Positions 29,273 through 38,800 of a stretch of DNA of 64,000 nt are shown here, piece after piece. The translations under genes and the position numbers were made by a program. Origin of the DNA: Longimicrobiales bacterium (GTDB taxonomy: Bacteria; Gemmatimonadota; Gemmatimonadetes; Longimicrobiales; Gaopeijiaceae); the NCBI GenBank assembly GCA_965204735.1, contig OZ242008.1:2432001-2496000 (forward strand), written 5' to 3'. The notes below the pieces were generated by a model that was not told the DNA's origin, did not search any database, and worked only from the letters and a program-made list of their open reading frames with translations. Position 1 is the first letter of the stretch. Each line of letters begins with the position of its first letter.

Positions 29273-30262
29273 TCAGGCCAGCGCGACCTTGGGCAGGTCC
29301 TCGCGTTCCGTGTACTCGAAGAGCTCGCTGACCGATTCGTTGGAGTGGATCGACGCGATGGCCTGGGCCAGGAGGCCGGCCACCGAGAGCACCTTCATGC
29401 GGGGGAACTTCTTGGTGGGAGGAACGGCGATGGTGTCGGTGATCACCAGCTCCTCGATGGGGGCCGCCGAGAGCATCGCCGTCGCGTCGCCGGAGAGGAG
29501 GGGATGGGTGGCGACCACGTAGACGGGCCCGGCGCCCCGCTCCTTCAGGGCGCGGACGGCCTGCACGATCGTCCCCCCCGTGTCGATCATGTCGTCTGCG
29601 ACGAGGCAGCTCCGGCCCTCCACGTCGCCCACCACGTTCACGATCTCGGAGACGTTGGCCGCCGGCCGCCGCTTGTCGATGATGGCGAACGTTCCCTTGA
29701 GCCGCCGGGCGAAGCCCCGGGCCATCTTCGCCGAGCCCACGTCGGGGGCGACCACCACCGGGTCGGCCAAGCGCTTGCCGAGGAAGTAGCCGGTGAAGAC
29801 CGGCGCCGCGTACAGGTGGTCGACGGGGATGTCGAAGAACCCCTGGATCTGGTGCTGGTGGAAGTCGATGCTGACCACGCGGTCGGCCCCCGCGGCGGCG
29901 ATCAGGTTGGCCACCAGCTTGGCCCCGATGGCGACTCGGGACTGGTCCTTTCGGTCCTGTCGGCAGTAGCCGAAGTAGGGGACGACCGCCGACACCCGGG
30001 CCGCCGACGCCCTCTTGGCGGCGTCGATGAGCAGGAGCAGCTCCATGATGTTGTCGCCGTTGGCGGTCGTCGGCTGCACGATGAACACGTCCCTGCCCCG
30101 CGCGTTGCGGTCGATCCTCACGAAGATCTCGCCGTCGGCGAAGTTGTGTATCTTGGCCGCCCCGGTGGACGTGCCGAGCTTGGCGCCGATCGCCTGGGCC
30201 AGGGGGCGGTTGGCGCGCCCCGAAAGGAGGAGCAGCGGCCCGCGACTGTAGGTGTCGTCCAT
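29273..30262 (-). CDS. prs: Ribose-phosphate pyrophosphokinase
   Basis: FADGE, PYFGYCRQDRK, HQIQGFFDIPVD, PDVG, DKRR, DDMIDTGGT; ATG at 30262. Confidence 0.97.
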   Translation of the reverse strand: MDDTYSRGPLLLLSGRANRPLAQAIGAKLGTSTGAAKIHNFADGEIFVRIDRNARGRDVFIVQPTTANGDNIMELLLLIDAAKRASAARVSAVVPYFGYCRQDRKDQSRVAIGAKLVANLIAAAGADRVVSIDFHQHQIQGFFDIPVDHLYAAPVFTGYFLGKRLADPVVVAPDVGSAKMARGFARRLKGTFAIIDKRRPAANVSEIVNVVGDVEGRSCLVADDMIDTGGTIVQAVRALKERGAGPVYVVATHPLLSGDATAMLSAAPIEELVITDTIAVPPTKKFPRMKVLSVAGLLAQAIASIHSNESVSELFEYTEREDLPKVALA

Positions 30263-30278
30263 TTGGGGGTTGCCCCGA

Positions 30279-30318
30279 GGAAGGCGTCTTGGGAGGCGGG
30301 AAGGCGTCTTGGGAGGCG
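30279..30318. repeat. Perfect 20-bp tandem duplication upstream of prs
   Basis: ggaaggcgtcttgggaggcg, two copies. Confidence 0.85.
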
Positions 30319-30379
30319 AAGGCAAGCGGCGGCTACGCTTGACCACAGCCGCGTAACATAGGAACCGCTGGAAGGCGGG

Positions 30380-32290
30380 TCAACGGGGGCTGGGCGAGCG
30401 CGAAGGCCGGGATTCTGCGACCGTGAAGGCTCGCCTGCGGACCAGCGGCGCGCGGCCCGGGACGGACACTTCGACCGCCACCTGCCAAGCGCCGGGCTCC
30501 ACTCCCGGCAGACGGAGGCTGAAGGCGCGGAAGAGGGGGCCGGGCCGGCTAGGGCCCGCTTCCGTCCACTGGACGGCGACTTTCTCCGCGGGACCAGCCA
30601 GGCCGAGGCGGCGGGCCAGGCGGCGCAGGGCGCTGGGGTCGGGGTCCTCCACCCAGGCGCGAAACCCGACGGCTTCGGAACGGTAGCCGAGGCCGTAGAC
30701 CTCGATCGCCACGCCCAGGGCTTCGCTTCCGCCGGCTTCCGTGCCCAGGCGAAGGGACTCGACCATCTCCTGGAAGTTGGTGGGAAGGCCGGACGCCCTC
30801 GGCGCCCCCGCCCCGTCCACGGGCTCGGACGTCGACGAAGGCACGCCCTCCGAAGACGAGGCGGAGGCGGAAGGCGAGAGCCGACGGAGCGGTTCCAGGA
30901 GCATCAGGTCGGAGACGGCGAAGACGTCCGGCGGCACGGCGCCGAGGCTCATCCCGGCACGCAGCCGCTGGGCGCGGCGCCGGTCCCGATCCCAGATCTC
31001 CAGACTCGCGACTCCCCAGGCCGTCGGCGCGACCTTGCCGGCGACGCGAACAGCGCCGGTGGAGTCGGGGACGGCGCGGAGGTCGAGGGCCAAGCCGTCG
31101 CCGTCCGCCGGGCCGCCGCCTGCCAGAAAGAGGCCCGCGGTCGGGCGGCGCCGAGCTGGGCTGCCCCCGCCTGCGCCGGAGGGCTGCTCGCCGACGACGG
31201 GGACAGCGCCGGGGGCGGCGGAGCCGAGCGGCGGGTCGGGCCACTCGGGCACGGCGGCCGCGGCGACGATCAGGACGCCGTCTCGCCGCCAGAAGCGCCC
31301 GACCTGCCCGGCGAGGACGCCCAGCGAATCCAGGTACGGCGGCAGGTACGCCGTTCGGGCGTGGCCGCGCGGCGGCTCCCACGCGACCACGGCGTCGTCT
31401 TTCGACGGCCTCAGCACGTCGGCCGGCGGGAACGTCCGGTAGGCGGCGGGCGGGTCGCGACCCACCACCGGGACCGCGGCGCTGCCTCCTTGCGGCCATC
31501 CCTTCTCCCACGCGACGGACCAGCCGTAGCGCGCGGCGGCTTCGGTCAGGTCGTCGCCCCACTGCATTCCGTGGGGGTTGCGGGCGGCCTCGCTGCTCAT
31601 CGCGTACGTCCTGCGGGTCAGGTGGCCGGTCCAGCGGTCGTTGCCGGTCACCACGAAGAGGGGGTCCGCCAGGGTCCAGAGGCGAGCCACCGCGCGGGCC
31701 CAGTCGGGCTGGTCTTCGACCCACTCGCGAAGGGAACGGTCCAGCAGGGGCGTCGGGTCGGTCCACTCGGTCCTGAGATTGGTCGGCATCGCGGCCAGCG
31801 CCCGGTCGAAGGCGGCGGACGAGGAGGCGCGGCCCTGCAGGTGGAGGGCGAAGCCCAGGTAGGCGTCGCAACGCCAACGGTCGGGCGCTCGGCACGCTCT
31901 TGCCAGCGCCTCGGCGTCCTCGAGTCGCCCGGCTTCTGCCAAGTAGCGCATGCGCTGTCCGAGTATCCAGTGGTCGCCGGGGATGGATTCCGCCAGGTCG
32001 GCAAGAGCGGCCAGGAGCTCGCGACGTGCTCGCCCGACCGTGGGCGGCTCGGGCCTGGGCGTCCACTCGTCGTCGCCGTCGTCCCAGATGCAAAGCCGGC
32101 CAATGGTCGTGTCGCACTCGTGGGAGCGTCCGCCCAAGGTCCGGGGCAGCTCGCGCACGCGCAGCCGCTCGAAGCGGACCTGAAGGCTGCGGGCCTCGTC
32201 GCGCAGGGCTGCGGAGTCGGGAGACTGGACGCCGAACGGCACCCATGACGCGGCCAGGAAGGGCCAGGACAGCATCGGAGGCGGGAGCAT
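30380..32290 (-). CDS. Hypothetical exported protein (helical/TPR-like N-terminus, beta-rich C-terminus)
   Basis: 636-aa ORF with a signal-like N-terminus and Cys pairs; no family recognised. Confidence 0.7.
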   Translation of the reverse strand: MLPPPMLSWPFLAASWVPFGVQSPDSAALRDEARSLQVRFERLRVRELPRTLGGRSHECDTTIGRLCIWDDGDDEWTPRPEPPTVGRARRELLAALADLAESIPGDHWILGQRMRYLAEAGRLEDAEALARACRAPDRWRCDAYLGFALHLQGRASSSAAFDRALAAMPTNLRTEWTDPTPLLDRSLREWVEDQPDWARAVARLWTLADPLFVVTGNDRWTGHLTRRTYAMSSEAARNPHGMQWGDDLTEAAARYGWSVAWEKGWPQGGSAAVPVVGRDPPAAYRTFPPADVLRPSKDDAVVAWEPPRGHARTAYLPPYLDSLGVLAGQVGRFWRRDGVLIVAAAAVPEWPDPPLGSAAPGAVPVVGEQPSGAGGGSPARRRPTAGLFLAGGGPADGDGLALDLRAVPDSTGAVRVAGKVAPTAWGVASLEIWDRDRRRAQRLRAGMSLGAVPPDVFAVSDLMLLEPLRRLSPSASASSSEGVPSSTSEPVDGAGAPRASGLPTNFQEMVESLRLGTEAGGSEALGVAIEVYGLGYRSEAVGFRAWVEDPDPSALRRLARRLGLAGPAEKVAVQWTEAGPSRPGPLFRAFSLRLPGVEPGAWQVAVEVSVPGRAPLVRRRAFTVAESRPSRSPSPR

Positions 32291-32444
32291 CCTCGTTTCG
32301 ACCGTCCGCAGGGTTGCCGGGGGCAGGTTGCCGAGGGTGGAGGCCGGGCGACATTAGTTGGGCCGCGATCGCACGCGCTGGGCACGCGCGCACTGGGCAA
32401 AGGTTCAAGCCGCAAGACCGGTCAACCCCGCAGAATTGGCGCAG

Positions 32445-34283
32445 ATGAACGAGTCCCGCAAGAAGCCGGCAGGTTCGCGTTGGCGACGGGGCGCCCTGCT
32501 GGTCGGCGGCTTGGCGGCGCTCGCGGCAGGCGCCCTGGGCTTGGCGTCGGCGGGGGCCTTCGGCCGCGTCCCTCAGCTTCCTTCGACAGACGCGCTCGGG
32601 CAGGCGGCGACGGCCGCCGCCGCTTTCGCAGCGGTGCTGCTCGGGTCTTGGGCCCTGCTCGACCCGTCCCGGCGGGGGGCGGACCTTCCCCGCCCGGCAG
32701 GGTCGCGCATCGGCCTGGTCCAAGGCGGGCTCGCCGCGGCCGCAGTCTCGACCGGCATCGTCCTGGCCGCCCGCAACTTGGACTTTCCCCTTCGAGTCGA
32801 CGAGAGCGAAACGATCGTGCGGTACGTCGCGCAGCCCTTCGCCGTGGCCGCAAGCGACTACGGCGCCGTGAACAACCATGTGCTGCACACGCTGCTGGCT
32901 TGGGTCGCCCACCAGGTCGGCGGCTGGAACCGCGTCGTTCTTCGGATGCCGGCGTTCCTGTCGTTCTGCCTTCTGCTTCCAGCTCTGTGGTGGTTCGCGA
33001 AGCGCGAGTACGGACGCACGGCCGCGACGTTCGCGACCACTCTCGCAGCCACTTCGCCCTACCTCGTCAACGTCGCCACGAGCGCCAGGGGCTACACGCT
33101 CATGATGCTCTTCGCCGTGGCGTCGCTGCTGTGCGGACAGGCGCTCGTCCGTCGACCGACCACGGGCAACAGCGCGCTTTGGGCGGCGTGGGCGGCGACA
33201 GTGGGCTTGGGGCTCTTCACGATACCGCTCATGGCGTGGTCCGCCGCCACCACGGTGATCTGGATGCTGCTGGCGCGTCGGCGCAGATGCGGTGGCGACG
33301 AGGCGGCCTGGCCCTTCCTGGCCAGAACGGCGGCTTGGTCGGCCGCGGCGGTCGTGCTGGCCGGCGTTCTCTACGCGCCGGCCCTGGCGAGCACCGCGGG
33401 CGTGACCGATTCCTTGATCGGCCGGGCCGTGGGGCCGCTGTCCAACAAGCTCACCGTGGACACGCTGGAGGACGTCGTGCGCGTCTGGCGGGATTGGCAC
33501 GCGGCCCTTCCTGCCTGGGCCGGAGGCGCGCTCTTGGCGCTGGTCCTTGTCGGAGCCGCGGTGCCGGGCCGAAGCTGCGGGCGTCGGGGGACCTTCTTGC
33601 CGGCCGTCCTGGCTGCCCCGGCTTTGCTGTGCTTGACGAAGCCATTTCCGCAGGCTCCCCGTTTCGCAGTCGCCACGCTGCTGCTGCTGACGATCAGCGC
33701 GGGCGCGGGCGCCGCCCTGGTCCTGGAGCGGGCCGTGGCGCGGACCCGCTCCCGTTGGCCGGGCGGCGGCGCGCCAAGCTTGGCGAACGTCCAGTGCGGC
33801 GCCGTGGTCCTCTTGCTCGTCGCCCTGACGTGGGCGGCGAGCCGGCCCGGAGTCGCGTCGCGGCACGGGTACCTGGGCGGGCAGACGCCGGGGTACCCGG
33901 TTCTGCAGAAGATGATCGCGTCGGTCGAAGGCCAGATGCGGTCGGGCGACTACTTTGCCGCCAGCAACGGCGCGCACCAGGCAATCGCATACGCCGCGAA
34001 CTTCCGCGAGATCGAGGCCCACGTGGGCCGGTATCCGCCCGTGCCGAACGCGCGCGGGTGGCCGGTCCACCAACTCTCGCCTTCGTCGGACGCGCCGTCC
34101 GTCCCGGCGCCGGATGGGCGGTTCTTCCTGTTCGACCCGGAAGACGCCCGCGCGCCCTCGACGAGCGCGGTCTCCACGGCCCGAGAGCATCTGGAGGCGT
34201 ACTGGCCAGGGTACGAAGTCGTCGCGCACTTTGCCGAGGGGCCCGCGTACTTGGTGAACGGTTGGACAGGAGCGCCGCAGTGA
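32445..34283 (+). CDS. Polytopic membrane protein, putative GT-C (ArnT/PMT-like) glycosyltransferase
   Basis: Many TM helices; loop PLRVDE...NNHVLHTLL, LRMPA, ARGY motifs typical of GT-C/family-39-like proteins; ATG at 32445 assumed. Confidence 0.65.
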   Translation: MNESRKKPAGSRWRRGALLVGGLAALAAGALGLASAGAFGRVPQLPSTDALGQAATAAAAFAAVLLGSWALLDPSRRGADLPRPAGSRIGLVQGGLAAAAVSTGIVLAARNLDFPLRVDESETIVRYVAQPFAVAASDYGAVNNHVLHTLLAWVAHQVGGWNRVVLRMPAFLSFCLLLPALWWFAKREYGRTAATFATTLAATSPYLVNVATSARGYTLMMLFAVASLLCGQALVRRPTTGNSALWAAWAATVGLGLFTIPLMAWSAATTVIWMLLARRRRCGGDEAAWPFLARTAAWSAAAVVLAGVLYAPALASTAGVTDSLIGRAVGPLSNKLTVDTLEDVVRVWRDWHAALPAWAGGALLALVLVGAAVPGRSCGRRGTFLPAVLAAPALLCLTKPFPQAPRFAVATLLLLTISAGAGAALVLERAVARTRSRWPGGGAPSLANVQCGAVVLLLVALTWAASRPGVASRHGYLGGQTPGYPVLQKMIASVEGQMRSGDYFAASNGAHQAIAYAANFREIEAHVGRYPPVPNARGWPVHQLSPSSDAPSVPAPDGRFFLFDPEDARAPSTSAVSTAREHLEAYWPGYEVVAHFAEGPAYLVNGWTGAPQ

Positions 34284-34705
34284 GGGAGAGCCGCAAGAAG
34301 TCGGTCGCGAAGGTCACTCGGGGCGTGGCCGTCCGGGACTTCCTGGTGTTCCAGCTGAAGTTGGCCCTGGAAGGGGTCAGGGACTTGCTGGCGATCAACC
34401 TGTCGGTGATTGCGATCGTCGTGGACATCCTGTCCGGGCGCGGGCGGCGACCCAGGCGGTTCTACGCCGTCGTTCGCTGGAGCCGGCGCTTCGACGGATG
34501 GCTGCGGCTCCACAGCATGAAGGGGATGCCGGAGGCGGAAGAGGACGGCAGGGACGGTGCGGACGGCCCGGAGTCCACAGGCGCCGGAAGCGAGGCCCCC
34601 GGGTCCCGCGTCGGCGTCGTTCCTCAGGACAAGCGACGGCTGGGCTCCGACGCCGACACCCTGGTGGAGCAGTTCGAGGAGCTGGTGAGGAAGACCCGGC
34701 GCTAG
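34280..34705 (+). CDS. Hypothetical protein
   Basis: GTG overlaps the upstream TGA; RDFLVFQLKLALEGVRDLL...FDGWL. Confidence 0.65.
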   Translation: MRESRKKSVAKVTRGVAVRDFLVFQLKLALEGVRDLLAINLSVIAIVVDILSGRGRRPRRFYAVVRWSRRFDGWLRLHSMKGMPEAEEDGRDGADGPESTGAGSEAPGSRVGVVPQDKRRLGSDADTLVEQFEELVRKTRR

Positions 34706-34782
34706 CTGGGATCAGCGACCCGACGGACAGGGACATGGGCGCAGTTCAAGGAGCTGGTGAGGAAGACCCGGCGCTAGCTGGG
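34669..34782. repeat. 42-bp direct repeat (1 mismatch) duplicating a CDS 3' end, copies separated by 30 bp
   Basis: gcagttc(g/a)aggagctggtgaggaagacccggcgctagctggg at 34669-34710 and 34741-34782. Confidence 0.9.
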
Positions 34783-34815
34783 CCCGGCTAGGCTTGGCGG
34801 GGGCTCTCGGGGAAG

Positions 34816-34881
34816 TGGTGGCATTATGGTAGCAAAATGGTGGCATTATGGTAGTAGAATGGAGGCATTACGGCAGCAAGC
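34816..34881. repeat. Three degenerate 22-bp tandem repeats at the Fic gene 3' end
   Basis: tggtggcattatggtagcaaaa / tggtggcattatggtagtagaa / tggaggcattacggcagcaagc. Confidence 0.85.
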
Positions 34882-35749
34882 GTCTCGTCGCCGCGATCAA
34901 GGCGTCCACCGTGCGCACTGCCAGGAAGTGCACGAAAGGACGCAAGTCTCCCGTGTCCGCGGCTTGCAGGGCGTCGAAGTAGCCGTGTCGGGCGTCGGCG
35001 TCGATCACCGGCGGCGGCCAATGGCGGCGTGCGTAGAGGTAGGCGACGAGAGCCCGCGCGACTCGTCCGTTGCCGTCTTGAAACGGATGAATCTGCACGA
35101 AGCGGTGGTGCAGCCATGCGGCTTCGACTTCAGTCGGCGTCCCTTGGTCCATGTGGGCTTCGTGCATCGCCAGCAGCCGGTCCATTTCGGAGCGCACCTG
35201 CTCCGGTGGACAATACTCGTGCAGGTCGCCGGACAGGGTGATCGGGTTGTTGGGGCGAACCTTGTACTTCCCCTTGAGCAGCGGAACTTCGACGCGTCGG
35301 CCGGACACGGTCGCGCCCGTGGCGGTGTCCTGGGAGCGGGTGATGCAGGCGTGCCACTCGCAGATCAGCCCGTTCGAGAGCGGACGTCGGCCGGCCACGG
35401 CGTCGAAGACCATGTCGAGGCCTCGCCGCTGGTCCTCCAGGTGCGCGCCGAGTTCCTTGGCCGACAGCGTGGACTCTTCCCGCCCCACCACGACGGCTTC
35501 GAAGCCGCGCGCGACGAGCTGCTCCGTCAAGCCCCGGGTCAGGTCGTACAAGCCCTCGATGCGTCCCGTCTCGATGGCCCAGGCCCGGGCGTTCTCTTCA
35601 AGGAAGCGGTCGAGTCGGCTCCGGGAGGTACCGGGGCGCGTGGCGGACGCACGCGACGCCTGCCACTCCTGGTCGAGTTGGCGCACGGAGTCGCTCGCCA
35701 GAGCGTCCGGCTCCTGCTCGTAGTCCAAGATGGGCTTCCAGGCGGGCAT
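34868..35749 (-). CDS. Fic family protein (canonical AMPylation motif)
   Basis: HPFQDGNGRVAR; N-terminal TGRIEG fits the (S/T)xxxE(G/N) inhibitory motif; ATG at 35749 (MPAWKPI). Confidence 0.9.
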   Translation of the reverse strand: MPAWKPILDYEQEPDALASDSVRQLDQEWQASRASATRPGTSRSRLDRFLEENARAWAIETGRIEGLYDLTRGLTEQLVARGFEAVVVGREESTLSAKELGAHLEDQRRGLDMVFDAVAGRRPLSNGLICEWHACITRSQDTATGATVSGRRVEVPLLKGKYKVRPNNPITLSGDLHEYCPPEQVRSEMDRLLAMHEAHMDQGTPTEVEAAWLHHRFVQIHPFQDGNGRVARALVAYLYARRHWPPPVIDADARHGYFDALQAADTGDLRPFVHFLAVRTVDALIAATRRLLP

Positions 35750-35811
35750 GGCTTTGCGGAGCAGCGAGTTGGACCGGCTCTTGGTGGCGCGTGTGTCGGA
35801 AGGCGGGGGAG

Positions 35812-38800
35812 TCAGAGAGGGTCGGTGTAGTTCAGCAGGTCGACGTGGTCCGGGAGCGCGCTTCCTTCGCGAAAGTAGAGAGCCCGAAAGCGCTTCATCT
35901 GCTTGATCTTGTCGATCAACGCCTTTTCTTGCCGGGAGTCGGCCACGTTCCTGACCAGCGCCTTGGCGTCGGCGTCGGTCAGCCGCAACACCAAGTAGTT
36001 GGCCACGGCCGAGAAGACGGACTTGTGAAAGTCCCTTGCTTCTTGCGACGCCAGCACCAGCGACACGCCGTACTTCCGGCACTCCTTCGCCATGGTGGGA
36101 ACGACGTTCAGCCGCGCGGCCCGGTGGGCCTCGTCGAAGACGACCGCGTGAGTGATCCGATCCTGAACTCCCCGCCGGAACATGTCCTTGTAGAGGCCGT
36201 AGAGGATCAGCGACGAGAAGGCTTTCTGGAGGCCGTCGCTCTGGCTGCGGTGGATGCGGATGACTGTGGGCTCCCCGCTCTCCCACAGGCTTCCGTGGGC
36301 CTTCCCCACATCGAAGAAGCCGTAGTCGTTGAGCTCCTCCAAGCGCACGAGCAGGTTCGCCAGCCCGCTGTCCCGGTTCTCCTGGTCCGCCAGGATCTCG
36401 AAGAACCGCTTGAACGGGGGTTCCCGGAGCTCCGTCGGATCGACGCCGGGGTCGGCCCACCCCTCCCGCACAAAGCTTTCCTTGACTGCGCTCCGAATCG
36501 CTTCCCCTTGCAGGTCCCCCAGCCCCGGGTAGATCGCGACGAAGATGTCGCGCAGCGCGCCCGCCACATTGAGGTAAGGCCGGTGAGCCGTCCGGTCGGG
36601 GATGTGCAGCGGATTGAAGCCGAGTCCGTCGAAGTCGACGAACCTGATCGAGCCCACGATCTCTTCCAGCTTCTCGTCCAGGTCCTGGTGGTACGAGAAG
36701 ACGATGGGGCGGACTCCGTGGTCGAGCATCTGGCGGCACAGGTTCAGAAGGCAGGTGGTCTTTCCCATGCCGGGCAAGCCCGCCACCAAGAGGTGCGGAT
36801 TGCCTTTGACGGTGAGCTTCCAAGTGACTTGCTCGCGCTTGAACCGGTCGGCGCCCAGGACGATGGCGGACTCCCGCGGCGACGCCGGGGCTTGATCCCG
36901 GACGGCGCCCCCGTTCTGCACCGTCGTCGCGAGTGCAGCCGGTTCCCCCGACAGAGGAGGCGACGGGGCATTGCTGGTCGCGGAAGCGACATCGGGCTCA
37001 AGGCTGGGCTGCTCGGCCCCGGTCGGCTCGGCCACCGGTTGCCCGACGGGGTGGTCGGGCTCCGGTACGCCGCTGGAACGCGGTCGCGGGGACCGGCGTC
37101 GCCCTTCGAGGTCGGGCAGGCCGCTGGGACCGAAGAGGTAGACGCCGATGTCGTCGTCGGGCGGCGAAAGGCGCTGGGGCGCCGACTCGGCGTACTCGGG
37201 ACAGAACACCCAGCCGAGGTCGGCGCCCGGCTCGTCGACGAAAGCGTAGGCGTCTCCCTTCCCCACCATGCGATCGATCTCGGCAACGAGGGCTTGATGC
37301 CGTTCGTCTGCGAGAGCGTGCCTGCGGGCCTTGTCCGCATAGAACCGCAGCACGCGGGCCAGCTTGGCGCGTCGGACCGCCCGAAACGACTGGGCAGCAG
37401 CGTCGTTGTACCAGGCGAACCAACCCTTGCGCAGCGAGGCGGTCTGCTTGCGGACGGCTCGCGTCACCTCGAGCGACCGAGCAGTGCGCAGGTGCCGCCG
37501 GTACTTAACTTCGACGAACCGGAACATCAGGCCCTTCCTGGGCGCGTTCGTCACGTAGATGATGTCGGGTCGCGGGACGCCGCGGGAAGCCCCCGTCGTC
37601 GGGGCCAACGGCGGGAGGAGGTCGCGCACGTCGTCGACCGGCACGAAGAACCCGTCGCGCAACGACGTCCAGCACGGGTTCCCGGCTTCGCTGGCGGCGC
37701 ACTTCGCCTGGACAAGGGCCAGCGCGATCAGTTCCGACGCGGGCACGTTCCTTCCGGTGAGCCTGATCGCCAGGCGGCCGCTGAGCGCCTTGAGCTGGTT
37801 CATGAGGAACTCGGCGTTGCTGCGGCTGCGGCTGAGTCCCATCCGATCCAGCGCTTGGTTCAGCAACCCCTGGACCTCGTCCAAGTTGGTAGTGGACGTG
37901 ATCAGCTGGAGGCACCCCAGGTCCTCCCTCTCCGGCACGCAGTCGATCACGTAGGCGTCGTAAATCTCCTTGTTGTCGTTGGGCGAATCGAAGTACTCGA
38001 CCCCCGCGTTTCGGTCCAGCGTGACGACCCAGTCGGCAAGCTTGTGCAGAGTCGCCAGACTGGCCTCCTTGTCGCCCGAGATGCGCGTGCGCAGGACGGG
38101 AACGCCCTCGCCGGCGCCGAGTCCCTGGGTCACGAGGCGCTGGACGTGGTTCTGCAACCGCATGAGCCGGTCGGTGTGGGTTCGGTTGCCCGGATGCTTG
38201 TCCCCTTCGTTCCATGCAGGGACCGCGCTGCGCCAGTTCGGTTCGGGCGAGCTCCAGTACTCCCTGTCGAAGAAGGACAGCAGCCCGAACGCGTGAAACG
38301 GTCGACTCCTCGGGTCGGCGTCGTCCGCGTGAACCCGAGACTCGAACGTGTCGAATGCGATCGCCAGATGAGCCGGCTCCGCCGGTTCGGCCTGTTCCTT
38401 GCGAGCCCAGCGAAGGCGCGGCACCCGAACGCCGCCGGGCAAGCTCAGCGACTTCAGCAGCCATCGGTCTTGGTCGGCCACGGTCCCCGCCCTGCGCCTT
38501 CGCCTCTCTTGGCGCTCGGCAATGAACCTGCCGACGATGCCAGCCTCTCGCGTCCTCTGCGAGGGGTACAGCTCCAACACGAAGGACACCCCCTTGCCGG
38601 CGCGGTCGCCGGTCCCGTTGTCGCTTTCCTTGCGCTCCTGTTCGTCCAGCTCTTTGGCGGCCTTGCCAAGGGCCCGGGCAACGGTGCGCCCGTCTCCGGC
38701 CCTGAGGGCGTGAACGCGGAGGGTGCGGCAACCGTCGTGGCACTCCATGTACTTCAGTATCTCGGTCCCGAGCACGTCGGCGCTCCGTGTCCCGACGCTG

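Noticed and set aside
32451..34304. Similar ESRKK-encoding starts of two consecutive genes as a possible target duplication
   Set aside because: Only about 19 bp with 3 mismatches; chance cannot be excluded.
34669..34881. Possible CRISPR array
   Set aside because: Only two 42-bp copies that include a CDS end, plus spacer-less 22-bp tandem repeats; no cas genes in the window.
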